NCBI RefSeq assembly: GCF_006345805.1
Contig: NC_043004.1
Location: forward strand, 94,364,001-94,428,000
Length of the DNA stretch: 64,000 nt
Origin: Octopus sinensis
Lineage: Eukaryota
Direction: 5' to 3'
In this document: positions 15,081-28,202 of the stretch, piece by piece
Layout of the letters: the number at the start of each line of letters is the position of its first letter
Numbering within the stretch: position 1 is the first letter of the stretch
The notes under the pieces: generated by a model
Databases searched by the model: none
Told to the model about the DNA's origin: nothing
The model's input: the letters and a program-made list of their open reading frames with translations, nothing else
Program-made: the position numbers and the translations under genes

Positions 15081-15154
15081 AAATTTTGCCCGACACTAAC
15101 AATTCAGTCTATTTGAACAATAATGATAATGATGGTGTTGATGCCGACTGATGT

Positions 15155-15200
<46 letters not shown>

Positions 15201-15454
15201 GCTACTGCTGTTGTTGCTGCTGCTTCAAATGTTTTGGTGAGGTTTAATCAAACATTACTCGTTACACCAGGTCTAAATTTGTCATTATAAACATCAGATT
15301 TAGCAAAAAGACAAACAGCCTGTGCCAACACTGGAACTGTTACCATACACCGTTCACAACGACAACAACAACAACGACAACAACAACCACAACAACAATA
15401 ACAATAATAATAACAATAATAACAATTGTAGTTCCTTTTCTCTTTAATTTTCTT

Positions 15455-15487
15455 TGACTTTTAATATATATATATATATTATCCTCA

Positions 15488-15533
<46 letters not shown>

Positions 15534-15541
15534 CCTCATTC

Positions 15542-15578
<37 letters not shown>

Positions 15579-15611
15579 TCATTCATATATATATATATAT
15601 ATATCTCCTCA

Positions 15612-15653
<42 letters not shown>

Positions 15654-15656
15654 CCT

Positions 15657-15696
<40 letters not shown>

Positions 15697-15920
15697 TATC
15701 CTCATTCATATATATATATATATATATATCCTCATTCATATATATATATAATATATATATATATTATCCTCATTCATATATATATATATATATATATCCT
15801 CATTCATATATATAATATATATATATATATCCTCATTCATATATATATATATATGTATATATATACCTCATTCATATTATATATATATATAGATATATAT
15901 ATATATCCTCATTCATATTT
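15455..15920. repeat. Minisatellite of ATCCTCATTCAT units separated by variable (TA)n
   Basis: Roughly a dozen CCTCATTCAT-type cores visible. Confidence 0.9.
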
Positions 15921-16379
15921 CTCTGCCTTTTGGTTCCGTTGAGAATGACCTGCATACGATATAGTTGCTAGTGTATATCTGTATGTGTGTGTGCGTGTGC
16001 ATGTACGTATGCACATGTGTGTGCACGCGTGTGTATGCGTCCATGTATGTACTCATACATGTACGCATGTATGTGCGTGTGATTGTGTGTATGTATGTAT
16101 GTATGTATGTATATTTGTAACGTATGCATGTACATATGTGCGTTTAGATTTCTCGCTCTCCTTTTATATTCTTTTTATATTGTTTTTTTTCATATTAGTT
16201 TCTCGCCATGTCATTAATGGATTTCATGAGAAATAACATATAAAGGTATAAAAAATATATATATAGTCAAGAAAATTAATAAACTAAAAACACAAATAAA
16301 AATTTAAATAAATCCTCACTTTTTATTTGTATTAGCACAAATCAATTTTTCTGTCCTAGATTACTGCTCGTAACTGACA

Positions 16380-16685
16380 TACACACATGCAAACATACGT
16401 ACATACATACATATATACATACACACATACATACATACATACATACATACATACATACATGCATGCATGCATACATACATACATACATACATACATACAT
16501 ACATACATACATACATACATACACACACATGCAGACATACGAACGTACATATATACCTGCATACATACATACATACATGCATACATACAAACATACATAC
16601 ATACATACATACATACATGCATACATACAAACATACAAACATACATACATACATGCATGCATGCATACATACATACATACATACA

Positions 16686-16717
<32 letters not shown>

Positions 16718-16737
16718 CATACATACATACATACGTA
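16380..16737. repeat. (TACA)n tetranucleotide array
   Basis: Directly visible. Confidence 0.95.
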
Positions 16738-17190
16738 TCTGACATACTAATTTGGAATAGACAAGAGAAACTGTACAGTTATGGAAATAAGATGCCCAGC
16801 GGAGTTAACATAAAGCTAAAGGAATCTGTAGCTACTCTAACCTGATTACGAGTTCAGGTTTATACTTGTAATTATTGAGGTACTGGTATGTGTAACACAC
16901 TGCCTAAATGCAGCTCTTGAGAAATTAGGCTTCTGAAAACCAGAATGGAGAAAGCTGAGAAAGACTACAACGGAACTGTGAAAATCTGTAAAACTTTCCA
17001 AAGACTAAATGGGCATGTCTAGACATGCAACTATATGCATGAGAATACATAAAGCAAATCTGTACATATAAATACATGCATAAATACATACCCTGTTGAT
17101 GTTGAAATTCCAATGAAGGAGCCTTGGATCTAGGTTAGAAACCGACTCTTTCTTTATTGGCAAGACATCTTAAAATAATATTGAATGATG
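16738..17190 (+). mobile_element. RLE-type (R4/Dong-like) LINE 3' fragment
   Basis: Degraded translation DILIWNRQEK...EIRCPA...PDYEFRFILVII...LEKLGF...NGTVKICKTF, homologous to 17640-17930 and 47120-48089. Confidence 0.7.
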
Positions 17191-17639
17191 ACATACATAC
17201 ATACATACATACATACATACATACATACTTAAGCGTGATATTTTGATGGAAAAGCGACTCCTTTTCCATTATTTCAACTTCACCACCAGAGAGGTGTTCC
17301 TCAGATGGCATACCAATGACGAAATTTTCACTTATGAAAGAATTACCATTCTCCTTCAGAACCGTGAAATGGCGTAGTGTAGACTTTCGATTGGTACATA
17401 GGATTGATCAGGTTCTACTTCCCTGAGGTTATTTTCTGGGTACGATTTGTTCCGAAACTCTGTTTTGACATTATTCCACCATTTTCTGGGGGGATTTTTT
17501 TTTTTTTTTTTTTTGCCTATGGATCCCTTTGATTCCTATTTTACTCTACTTGACCCTCTGCCCCATAACCATTCAATGTATATATTTAAAAAATCTTACT
17601 GTATTTTTATAATTAAATATTATTAGGAATTTTATTAAA

Positions 17640-18045
17640 AATAATATCTGCCTGCAGATATAAATATCTCTTCGAAAATCAAAGAAAAAGAGGATATCTA
17701 CGGACAACTGCTTCGAAACCTCCAGCTTCTATATCCAGACTATGAATTCATAAGCATACCAATAATTATCGGAGCACTAGGTTTTGTTAATTTATGCTTA
17801 TGGGAGAATCTGGATAAACAGGGATTTTCAGAAAGAGAAATCGAACGGCTAATTCGTACATTACAAGTGCAATCTGTGAGTGGAACAGTAAAAATATGCA
17901 AGACTTTTCTCAAGTTCCAAATGTGAATTTGTCTGTGTTAACTACATCCCAAAGATGGAGCCTTGTATCATTGTTGGAAGCCGGCTCCCTCCTCAGTGGA
18001 AGATTTATAATAATTAAAAAATAGAAGAGACATGAATAATAAATA
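17640..18045 (+). mobile_element. RLE-type LINE C-terminus plus 3' UTR
   Basis: Open frame ISSKIKEKEDIYGQLLRNLQLLYPDYEFISIPIIIGALG...LQVQSVSGTVKICKTFLKFQM*. The IPIIIGALG motif is typical of the end of the RLE domain. Confidence 0.8.
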
Positions 18046-18054
18046 TTACATAAT

Positions 18055-18120
<66 letters not shown>

Positions 18121-18539
18121 ATACAAGGTAAGTTGTAAATCCATTACAGTAAATCCTTTGCGAGTTATTAATTAATCACAAGAAACGCATCCGCTGGTGA
18201 TTGCATCGCCAGCCAATGCCTCGTTATTAAATTCATCGTCATGCTTTTGATCGGCCGAGTAAAATAGCTGACAATAAAAATACTTTAAATAATATTTAGT
18301 AGTAGTAGTAGTAGTAGTAGTAGTATCTGGAAATTTTTGGAAATTTGGTAAAATGAACAACCAAGAAACGAAGTGATAAAATTAAACAGCGTGGCGCTGC
18401 TGCAGAAATTCTTCTTAGCAAAGAAATAAATATATACAGATAGTGCAAGGCGAATTCAGCGCTTTGTGAATGAATATCAAAATGGTGGATTATTAGATTA
18501 TTTACCTTTTTCCCTCCAATTTGAAATAGAATTTTTATT

Positions 18540-18887
18540 TCTTGCCTCTGTGTGTTTGTGTGTGTGTGTGTGATTATTAACGGATTTTAAAAATAGAATC
18601 TCTCTCTCTCTCTCACACCCACACAAACGTATGATAGCGTGTGATACATAGATATAGATATATATACACACACACATATATATACATATACGTACATATG
18701 TATATATATGTACGTATATGTATATACATATATATACACATACATATACGTATATATTTATATATATATATATAATTATGTATATTATATATATATGCGT
18801 GTGCGTGCATGTGTGTGCGTGTGTGTGCATGTGTGTGCGTGTCTGTGTGTAGATATACATGTATGTATTGGTGTACTTATATAAATA

Positions 18888-18949
<62 letters not shown>

Positions 18950-19060
18950 TTGCCATGATTGTTAGATTGGAGATTGATAGGCACAGATATGAATGGATGG
19001 ATGGATGTATGTATGTATGTATGTATGTATGTATGTATGTATGTATGTATGTATGTATGC

Positions 19061-19139
<79 letters not shown>

Positions 19140-19140
19140 T
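18540..19140. repeat. Mixed (TG)n/(TA)n/(TATG)n/(GATA)n microsatellites
   Basis: Directly visible. Confidence 0.9.
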
Positions 19141-19558
19141 GTGTATTTGTGATTCTGTTTTTAGAAGTAACTTTGATTTGTATTTTGTTATGTAAGTTTA
19201 GAATATTTATTGTGAACTTTTTTTGTTTGGTTTGCGTTTTCTTTGTTACCATATTATCAGAATCGCTACCAACCAACAATATCACCACCACCAACAACAA
19301 CAACAATACCTAGAACACCAACAACAACATTAATGGTTTGCTTCTTCTTTGTTTTTTGGTTGTTTTTTTTTGGGGGGGGGTTGTCGTTGATCGACGTATT
19401 GCAAAGACAAGAATTTCACTTCTCCTCTGCCTGAGCTGTTTAATTCAGATCAGTTCACGCGGATAGACTCTCGCTCTTCATCGATGGACGAGCCAAGTGA
19501 TTCGCACATCCAGAACATTATTAACAACAACAACAACATCTACAACAGCAACAGCAGT

Positions 19559-19930
19559 GGAGACGCAATGGCCCAGTGGTTAGGGCAGCGGACTCGCGGT
19601 CGGTGGATCGCGGTTTCGATTCCCAAACCGGGCGTTGTGTGTGTTTATTGAGCGAAAACACCTAAAGCTCCACGAGGCTCCGGTTGGGGGTGGTGGCGAT
19701 CCCTGTTGTACTCTTACGCCCCAACTTTCTCTCACTCTTTCTTCCTGTTTCTTGTCCCCGGCTTCCTACGCAACCGTTGAGCCTGGATGCGCATTCATCT
19801 ATCCGTGGATGCCCTCGGTGTCGGGGGTTGACCTGCTTTCTCTTCTGCAGGTCTTACGAATAGCAAAAGGACCACGTTTCGGACTTATCCCATCTTGCGA
19901 GCTCTGGGACGAAGACCGTTCGCTCAACAG
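19559..19930 (+). mobile_element. SINE family B, full head, distinct tail ending in CAA repeats
   Basis: GGAGACGCAATGGCCCAGTGGTTAGGGCAGCGGACTCGCGG head plus shared core. Confidence 0.88.
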
Positions 19931-20124
19931 CAACAGCACCAACAAAACCACCAACTATTACAACGCCAGCAACAATAACAACAGTAGCACCCTTTCCAAA
20001 ATAAAAAGAACAACACCAACGACAGTAACAAGAACATCAACAACAACATCATCAGCACCTCCAATCCCATCCCCTCCAACAATAACAACACCAACAACGA
20101 CAACAACAACCCCAATACATATTT

Positions 20125-20265
20125 CTTTATTACCCAACAAGGACAGACACAGGTATTAAGTCGATTACATCGACCCCAGTGTGTAATTGGTACTTAATTT
20201 ATCGACCCCGAAAGGATGAAAGGCAAAGTCGACCTCGGCAGAATTTGAACTCACAACGTAACGCG
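20125..20265 (-). mobile_element. SINE family A, long-tail, 5'-truncated
   Basis: Central domain and tail reverse complement. Confidence 0.8.
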
Positions 20266-20695
20266 CTCCAGCAGACATCATCACTTCCAACAGCAACACT
20301 CCAGAACAGCGTACATAAAACGAGTGTTTGAAAGGAGCCAATGTAGCTAGTTATGTTGTAGCTATGTCTGTAATAGGTCAACCGGAGTCAATAGAAAATG
20401 TTTTAATCAACCAACACAACTTTTATAAGGTCGTAAACATCAATGGATTTGCTTCATTTCTTAGTTTATTGCCAGTTATTTACTCTCTACAGGAGCACCT
20501 GATGTTCACATAAAAAATACTCTTGCCGCACGTGTGTATATGAACAGACGTTTGAGTATGTGTTATGTGTGTTTGCGTTTGTGTGTACTTACATACATAC
20601 GTTTATGATATAGTATATATGTGTGTGTGTGGAAAAAAATTCATATAAAGTATTTGTGTGGATGTATACACACACACACACACACATGCACACAT

Positions 20696-20756
<61 letters not shown>

Positions 20757-21004
20757 TACTTGATAAGATGTAGTTATCGTAACATCCAGATGTCCCAAGA
20801 GATAACTTGTGGTTAATATTCCATTTTTTTATTTTATGTGATATATATTTGATGACCATTCTTCCAATCTGTTGAATACAAATACATAAGTGTCCTTGCA
20901 CCAGACACTTGTTGAGTCAGTGTGCATTCTTGCTTAGATGAACTAAAATACTGAGTTTGCGTACATGTCAGTATATTCATATGCGTCCATCTACTATATG
21001 TGTG

Positions 21005-21219
21005 TATGTAATGTGACCTCGTGTGTACCGTTGGCGATCTTTTTTCTCCGTCTTCCCTTCTTTGGATCTTTCCTTTTCCTATGTTTCTGACGAAGAGCTC
21101 CACTCGAAACGTTAGACCCTCCTTCTTTTCTTCTTTCCTGAGCGTCCAATAATACTATACATGTTCCACGTCCTCGCGTTGTTGTGTTTTCCTCTTTGTG
21201 TTTTCATGTTTGGATTAAC
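21005..21219 (+). mobile_element. Solo 3' end (pseudo-LTR fragment) of the Penelope-like family found at 38.9-44.0 kb
   Basis: Homologous to 38941-39145 and 37349-37530. Ends GGATTAAC directly followed by (TA)n. Confidence 0.8.
21082..21119 (+). ncRNA. Minimal type I hammerhead ribozyme motif
   Basis: GTTT-CTGACGA-A-GAG(CTCCA)CTC-GAAA-CG-TT-AGAC: intact core, 3-bp stem II, palindromic ACGT stem III, GUU site. Confidence 0.75.
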
Positions 21220-21225
21220 TATATA

Positions 21226-21280
<55 letters not shown>

Positions 21281-21713
21281 TATATGGGTACAGGACATCA
21301 CCAACTGTTAGTACCGCACACTACTCTTCAGGCCAAGAGCATCTTGATTAAATGAAAATTAAATTACTACTATCGAGGTTCCGCTCGCTATGAAACATAT
21401 GTAGCCTGGATATTATCTACTCCATTCCTTCCTTAACTCTTCTATTTTATTTGCATACCTGGCAACTTTGCCTACCTACCGTGATATACAAAACATTTTT
21501 TCAGCTTCTCGTACTTCGATACGGAAAAAAAACCACAACCTTCCGTCTCAATAAACCACCATTGTGCCTGAAATTTGTTTTATACTTTCTACGGTTTGTT
21601 TGAAGCTAACCTTCTTCCTACACCTCGATGGCAGAATGTATGACATACCGTGTGATATTTAGGGAAGTCAGTTTCCAGTCTAAGTTCAAATCCTGTGCAG
21701 TTCTAAAGGGATA

Positions 21714-22110
21714 GTATGTTGTCAACTTAATGTGACAGTCCCATAAAAGGGAAGAATGTTACTGTTATTTAGCCCTAGGAAACACCGTTGCCTGTTGGAC
21801 AAGTGAAATACATTCATATATTTGAAAACATATATATTTCAAGTGAAATACATACTTGAAATATAGATGTTTTCAAAGGCGGATAGGCATCAACAGCTAG
21901 CAGGCCATACTACTCCAGACTGATGAGGAACAGGGACTCTGAAACTAGTCTCTGGATGCTGACTTTGCTGGGTAGAATCGCTTATCTCCACTTTGAAAAC
22001 ATAAGGACACAGTAAATGTGTCAAGTCCAACAGGAGCCGTGTTTCCTAGGGCTGAATAACAGTAGCATTCTTCCCTTTTATGGGACTGTCACATTAAGGT
22101 AATAACATAC
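21714..22110. repeat. Fold-back element with ~87-bp inverted arms (21714-21800 / 22025-22110)
   Basis: TTAATGTGACAGTCCCATAAAAGGGAAGAATG...CCTAGGAAACAC...CCTGTTGGAC is reverse-complemented in the right arm with few mismatches. Confidence 0.9.
21914..21956 (+). ncRNA. Type I hammerhead ribozyme motif at the apex of the fold-back
   Basis: TCCAGA-CTGATGA-GGAACAGGGACTCT-GAAA-CTAG-TC-TCTGGA: perfect 6-bp stem I, canonical core, palindromic ACTAGT stem III, GUC site. Stem II is weak (GGA/TCT). Confidence 0.8.
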
Positions 22111-22479
22111 CATCAGCATATCGTGCTGTTACTCCATAGACCTTTCTGAGAGATTTAGAAGTATATTATTTCTGTACAGGTCTGTTTTGCATTTCATCTA
22201 TAAAATAATTTCCTTTCCTGCACTGAGACCGATACAAACGACTATAATCTAGAAGGTAGAGTTTCGGTATGGCCACATTAACTGACAGAATCCGGTGATT
22301 TGACTGAATCGGTGGAACAAGGTACAAAACTTCATATACCAATATCCTCCAGCCTTCTTTTGCACCACGGCCCGGTATCATGCATGTCAATTTTTCCACG
22401 CGCCAGTGGATCACGCGCATAGCAAAACACAATAAAATACATAATATATAATCTAATTATTACATTTATAATACATTTA

Positions 22480-22690
22480 AACTGGTTTTAAATTTTGGCA
22501 TTAGGCCAGCAACTTCAGGATAGTGAGGTAGTCGATTACAACATCCCCAGGGCTCAACTGGTACTTGTTTTATTGACCCCGAAAGGGCGAAAGATAGTCA
22601 ACCTCGGCGAAATTTGAACCTAGAACGTAAAGATGGACGAAACGCTGCTAAGCATTTTCCAGGCGTGTTAATGATTCTGCCTACACGTCA
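22480..22690 (-). mobile_element. SINE family A
   Basis: Central domain and head reverse complement. Confidence 0.8.
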
Positions 22691-22717
22691 CCTACATATA
22701 TACAATGTGAGGGTGCA

Positions 22718-22915
22718 TGGTTTAGTGGTTGTGGTGTTGCTCTCACGATCGTGAGATCGTGGCTTCAATTCTTGGCCCGGCTGCTACGTTGTGCCCTCGA
22801 ACAAAACACTTCATCTCCCGTTGCTTAGCGATCACTTCGACACCTGACCTGTGGTACACCGAACACCTGTTCAGGTAACGTCAATCTCATGGAAAGAGTG
22901 AGCTAATCATTTGTG
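22718..22915 (+). mobile_element. Further tRNA-derived SINE (family D)
   Basis: A-box-like TGGTTTAGTGG, B-box-like GCTTCAATTC, then GTGCCCTCGAACAAAACACTT. Confidence 0.6.
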
Positions 22916-23007
22916 CAGGTTTGTTCAGCAAGAAATTGCAGTGATGTTTTTCTCGTATTACGGAAGATTATCATATCATACATATATAATCCTTTTCCTT
23001 TCCTTCA

Positions 23008-23384
23008 GCACTCCGTCGGTTACGACGACGAGGGTTCCGGTTGATCCGAATCAACGGAACAGCCTGCTCGTGAAATTAACGTGTAAGTGGCTGAGCACTC
23101 CACAGACACGTGTACCCTTAACGTAATTCTCGGGGATATTCAGCGTGACACAGAGAGTGACAAGGCCGGCCCTTTGAAATCCAGGTACAACAGAAACAGG
23201 AAGTAAGAGTGAGAGAAAGTTGTGGTGAAAGAGTACAGCAGGGATCACCACCATCCCTGCCGGAGCCTCGTGGAGCTTTAGGTATTTTCGCTCAATAAAC
23301 ACTCACAACGCCCGGTCTGGGAATCGAAACCGCGATCCTATGACCGCGAATCCGCTGCCCTAACCACTGGGCCATTGCGCTTCC
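23008..23384 (-). mobile_element. SINE family B, full length
   Basis: Head, core and tail ending CGTAACCGACGGAGTGC. Confidence 0.88.
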
Positions 23385-25004
23385 ACCATACATACATAAT
23401 ATATGACGCAAAAACACCCTGCAGACTGCGATAGTCAATAAAATAAAAACGAAATTTTAAAATGTATTCTTTCTGTGCGGTTCAATACTGGTTCGCGTCC
23501 TGGTAGTTGAGGACAGCTGCCTTACAGTATCTAATCTCGTTTTCTTATTTTTCTTTTTTCATATTGTTCAAATCCTCACTGGATCAATTTTTTTTCTTTT
23601 TACAGGTGGAATAAACTAAATAGTAGTCATATACAGGAATAGTTTCAATCGGCTGTACCCTTAGTGAATCTTTAATTATTAAGGTAGATATAACCGAATT
23701 TACCTTCCCTCCCAAAAAAAATCTGTGTCCTTCGTATCTAAGTTAGGAAACATTATTTATTCATTCAATCATCAAATATCTGTCAAGCAATACTAAAAGA
23801 CAAAAAAGAACCAATAACAAAATCACAAAAAAATACAGATTTGTTGATTGTTTTTCGGCCATTTTGTTTTTGTGTTGAGGTCAGGTAGTCCATAAAGTGG
23901 GTTTTTACAGTGCAGTTCCCTGCTTTACTGGCTTACAGACGATTATCCTTTTTATCATTTCTCCTTTGGTGATAAATTTGATTGGTAGGTTGGGGTGGCG
24001 CTGGCGATGTGGTGTGCTACTGGTGGTGGAGTTTGTGGGTCTCTCAGTAGTTGTTTGTTTATTTTACTTCTTTGTGTGTGTACGTGTTTTTGTCTAGAAT
24101 TTTTGTTTTGTTTTTGTCTTTAATTATTTTTATTTATTTTATGTATATATTTTTTAAACTTCCGGCAGGCGCATTCAGCTTCCCGTTTGATCATTGCATT
24201 AAAAAAAAGTCAGCCATTGCTGTCTCCTCCCCTGGACCTACTGTCTCCCACCATTCAGCTTTGACCAAGTACTAATCCCCACCTCTCACTCTCTCTCTCC
24301 CTCTCCCTTTCTCGTTCCCTCTCCCTTTCTCTCTCTCTCTATCTCTCTCTCTCTCCGCATAAACGCATACACAAACACTCACACACACCAGAACAATATT
24401 TTCATGTCGACTAGACTGGACTTAGAAAGAAAGAGATAGCCAAACCACTCTCGTGATGTTTGTTTGTTTATTTCTTTAGTGCTATTTGAGTGTTTACCCC
24501 ATCACCACTGTAAGACATCAACAGCACCACCGCCGCCAACAAAACCCTCCACCATCACCACTACCACCATCACATTCTTACCCAATAGAATTACACCGCT
24601 GTCACCACCACAATTACCGCCATCACGACCAGCATTATCACTAACAAAAGTATCACAAGTGCCGTCGGCACTATCATCACGACTATCGTTATCACCTTAC
24701 TATGAAGCCTATACATGGTCGTTCGTCTTATTAGAAATAGCAGCTAAATCTCCTTAGAATCACTAGTATTGCCTTGGAAAGTAAGACGTTAGACACTATA
24801 GTCCTGGACGTACTTAAAAGACGTGAGATGGTTACACTTGGAATGTTTTTGATCATGGGTCTGCTCAACGAAGCCTGACCTGGGGCTAAGCAACTACAAC
24901 ACTAACAATGTTAACATCATCCCTAGCATCATCATCATCATCATTAACAACCACAACAACACAAAATCTTCCAGCTCAATTATCTATCATTACTACCACC
25001 TGTA

Positions 25005-25262
25005 TCATCTCTTGCGAAAGGTAGAAGAATCCAGTTTGCTGGACATTGTTGTAGAGCTGAAAAAGAGGTAATTTCTACTCTTCTCCTCTGGAAGCCATCT
25101 ACTCGCGATACAAGAGGGTGCACACTCTCCTACCCTGATGGAATCTCCAGGGATACAGGCATCCAGCAACAGGACCTCCGTAATGCTATGATGGACCGTG
25201 AAGTCTGGCGTAGCATAGTAAATTCCATTGTCTCGACCACGGTTGAACAATGATGATGATCA
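25005..25262 (+). mobile_element. RTE-like LINE 3' end with (TGA)n tail
   Basis: RRIQFAGHCCRAEKEVISTLLLWKPSTRDTRGCTLSYPDGISRDTGIQQQDLRNAMMDREVWRSIVNSIVSTTVEQ* followed by TGATGATGA. Second copy at 56293. Confidence 0.8.
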
Positions 25263-25619
25263 TTACTACCACCACCATCATTCGTGTCACTACTACCATC
25301 GCCATCAGCAATACCACCGTCACCGCCATCACAAACTCTATCGCTGCCCACCATCAACTGAATTATTAACCACCGCCCATACTGCCACCATGATCAGAGA
25401 TGTTCCGACTGTGATCCTCCCTTCTCTTTTCAGATAAAATAACTAGGACTACATTATCTACTGTGTCCTTCCTCTTTAAGATGCTATGGTGTAATTAGAA
25501 AAAGATGTGGCTGCTATTTCCAACAGGTCTAGCGGCCACGTGGAGGTTTTTCATTTCCTCAACCAATAATATACGTACAATTCTATTGTCGTATAACTTT
25601 GCTATATAAATGTAGATAT

Positions 25620-26120
25620 ACAGGCGTAGCGGTGTGGTAAAACATTTGCTTCCCAACCACAAGGTTCCGGGTCGAGTCTCACTGCGTGGCACCATGAGCA
25701 TATTTCTTCTACTATAGCTTCGGGCCAACCAAAGCCTGGTAAGTGGATTTGGTAAACGGAAACTGAAAGAAGCCCGTCGTGTAAATATGTGTGTGTATGT
25801 GTGTGTGTGTGTGTGAGTGTGTGTGTGAGTGTGTGTGTGTGTGTGAGTGTGTGTGTGATTGTGTGTGTGCGTGTATGTGTGTGTGTATGTGTGTGTGTGT
25901 ATGTGTGTGTGTGTCTGTGTGTGTGTGTCCTATCACCGCTTGACAATCTGTGTTAGCGTGATATCATCTCCATAGCTTAGCAGTTCGGAAAGTGAGAACC
26001 GATAAAATTAGTAACAAGTTTTAAAAAATAAGTACTGGGCTCGATTCGTTTGACTTAAATTTTTGAAAGCGGAGATCCAGCGTGGCAGCAGTCAAATGGT
26101 AATATAAAGATATAGTGATT
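25620..26120 (+). mobile_element. tRNA-derived SINE family C with internal (TA)/(TG) microsatellite
   Basis: GGCGTAGCGGTGTGGTAA head, GTTCCGGGTCGAGTCTC, and GGATTTGGTAAACGGAAACTGAAAGAAGCCCGTCG module. Confidence 0.85.
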
Positions 26121-26169
26121 ATAGTTACAGTGGTTATATAGTCTTCTAGTATTGTTTGTGCAGATATTC

Positions 26170-26565
26170 TTTTCTACTCTAGGCACAATGCCCAAAATTT
26201 TGGGAGTGGGAGCCAGTTGATACAGCGATCCTAGTGTTTCAAGGTACTTAATTTATCGACCTCGAAAGGATGAACGGCAAAGTCGACCCCGGCAGCATTT
26301 GGACTCAAAACGTAAAGACAGACGAAATACCTATTTCTTTACTACCCACAAGGGGCTAAACACAGAAGGGACAAACAAGGACAGACAGACGGATTAAGTC
26401 GATTATATCGACCCCAGTGCGTAACTGGTACTTATTTAATCGACCCCGAAAGGATGAAAGGTAAAGTCTACCTCGACGGAATTTGAACTCAGAAGGTAGC
26501 AGCAGACGAAATACTGCTAAGCATTTCGCCCAGCGTCCTAACGTTTTGGCCAGCTTGCCGCCTTT
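26170..26565 (-). mobile_element. Nested pair of SINE family A copies
   Basis: The long-tail copy joins a second copy at GACGAAATAC|CTATTTC (26330/26331). Confidence 0.85.
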
Positions 26566-27034
26566 TCTTGTGCAGATATTAAAAACTGCCTGAATTTGTG
26601 CATGCATGTACTGAGATGTGTGTGTGTGTGTGTGTGTGTCTGTATGTGTTTGTGTGTTTGCGTGTGCGTGCATGTATGCGTGCATGTGCGTCTGTGCTTT
26701 TATGCGCGCGTAATTTTTACGTTCAACAGTGTTTGTGGTTCTGTACGTAGAAGGTGTGTTGACAGCCAAATGTCGACGCTGTCATGGACAATGAGTCTCT
26801 CGAAATCAACATACAGGCGCTCCCGCATTACGGAAACACTGATTGCGGGATTTTATGCTTACGAAATTGTTAAGTGCAACCACTAATATCAGGAAATTGA
26901 CCGCAGTTCCGCCCTAACAGAGAGTAACGTGAATTTTCCCAATTCTAAAAAAATTAAGTTCATGATTTGTATAAATACTTAAAATGTGTATAAGTTGAAA
27001 GCCTTACTAAACTTCGGTATTCACCTTCAAAAAG

Positions 27035-27193
27035 AATCTCGTGACTGTGTGGTAAGAAGCTTGCTTCTCAACCATATGGTTCTCGGTTCAGTCCTACTGC
27101 GTGGCACATTGGGCAAGTGTCTTCTACTAAAGTCTCGGGCAGACCAAAGCCTTGTGAGTAGATTTGGCTGACGGAAACTGAAAGATGTGTGCC

Positions 27194-27237
<44 letters not shown>

Positions 27238-27475
27238 TGTGTGTGTGTGTGTGTGTGAGTGTGTATTTGTCCCCACATCGTCGCTTGACAACTGTGTTGG
27301 TGAGTTTATGTCCCCGTAAATTAGCGGTTCGGCATAAGTTACCGATAAAGTAAGTGCTAGGTACAGAAAATAAGCCTTGAGGTCGATTCCTTCGACTAAA
27401 AAACCCTTCAAGACAGTGCTCCAGCACGGCTGCAGTCAAATGACTGAAACAAGTAAAAGAATAAGAGAATAAAAG
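27035..27475 (+). mobile_element. SINE family C
   Basis: Same modules as 25620, ending (AAAAGAAT)n. Confidence 0.85.
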
Positions 27476-27667
27476 AATGTATATATGTATATATGCATGC
27501 ATTAATGTATGCATATATGTATGTATAAATGATTAACTTATATATACAGGGGTCCATAAATTAAGTACCAGACAAGTACTGAGGTCGATATAATCGACTC
27601 ATCCCCTCCTCCAAAATTTCAGGCCTTGCGCCTTTAGTAGAAAAGATTATTATCATTATTATTATTA

Positions 27668-28120
27668 TTGAGTGAGAGAGCAGTGCATGCCATCAAAGTG
27701 ACACTGGGGTAAAATATACGAAGCCCAATATACCCATCATGACTACCCGTCTGATAAGGGTACACCAGGCACATGCATCACAACCATATGTGCGCGATAT
27801 GGTGATCTCATATCAAGATAAACAGCACATGACCTTGCAGGTGGGGCCCAGTTAGAATTTTCTTCAGGTTGAGTAGCCCATCCTGCTCAAAAGGTCCCTG
27901 AATAAGGGTTGTTTAAGGATGTTGAAAGAACCACCCATGTTTCCAGAGGTGAATTATTCAAACCCCAAAGAATCCCTGTCAACACATGGCTATGATGCTC
28001 CCCCACTACTTCTGCTCGTGATCAGAGATGCACATATCGTCAGCCACTAAGGGACATGCTCAACTGGTTACGGTCAAACAACTGACAAGCAAATCTGTGG
28101 TATTGAGCAGAATATTTGCT
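27668..28120 (-). mobile_element. ~450-bp interspersed repeat, probably a retroposon 3' end with (AAT)n tail
   Basis: Non-microsatellite block ending (minus) CTCTCACTCAATAATAAT. Resembles a recalled abundant octopus repeat; no second copy in the window. Confidence 0.5.
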
Positions 28121-28147
28121 GTATTATTATTATTATTATTATTATTA

Positions 28148-28183
<36 letters not shown>

Positions 28184-28202
28184 TATTATTATTATCATGT
28201 AT

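Noticed and set aside
15455-15920. Repeat-spacer pattern resembling a CRISPR array
   Set aside because: The 'spacers' are only (TA)n, the repeat is 12 bp, there are no cas genes and the context is eukaryotic.
17230-17490. Unique-looking block with partial minus-strand frames
   Set aside because: No recognisable motif; could be a decayed transposon but cannot be supported.
19559-19635. tRNA-like cloverleaf heads (families A-D)
   Set aside because: Each runs into a shared SINE body, lacks a proper acceptor stem and terminator, and is multi-copy and diverged.
21082-21956. Two same-strand hammerheads ~840 nt apart as a single retrozyme monomer
   Set aside because: They belong to different sequence families with no shared flanking LTR-like repeat, and are separated by (TA)n and unrelated DNA.
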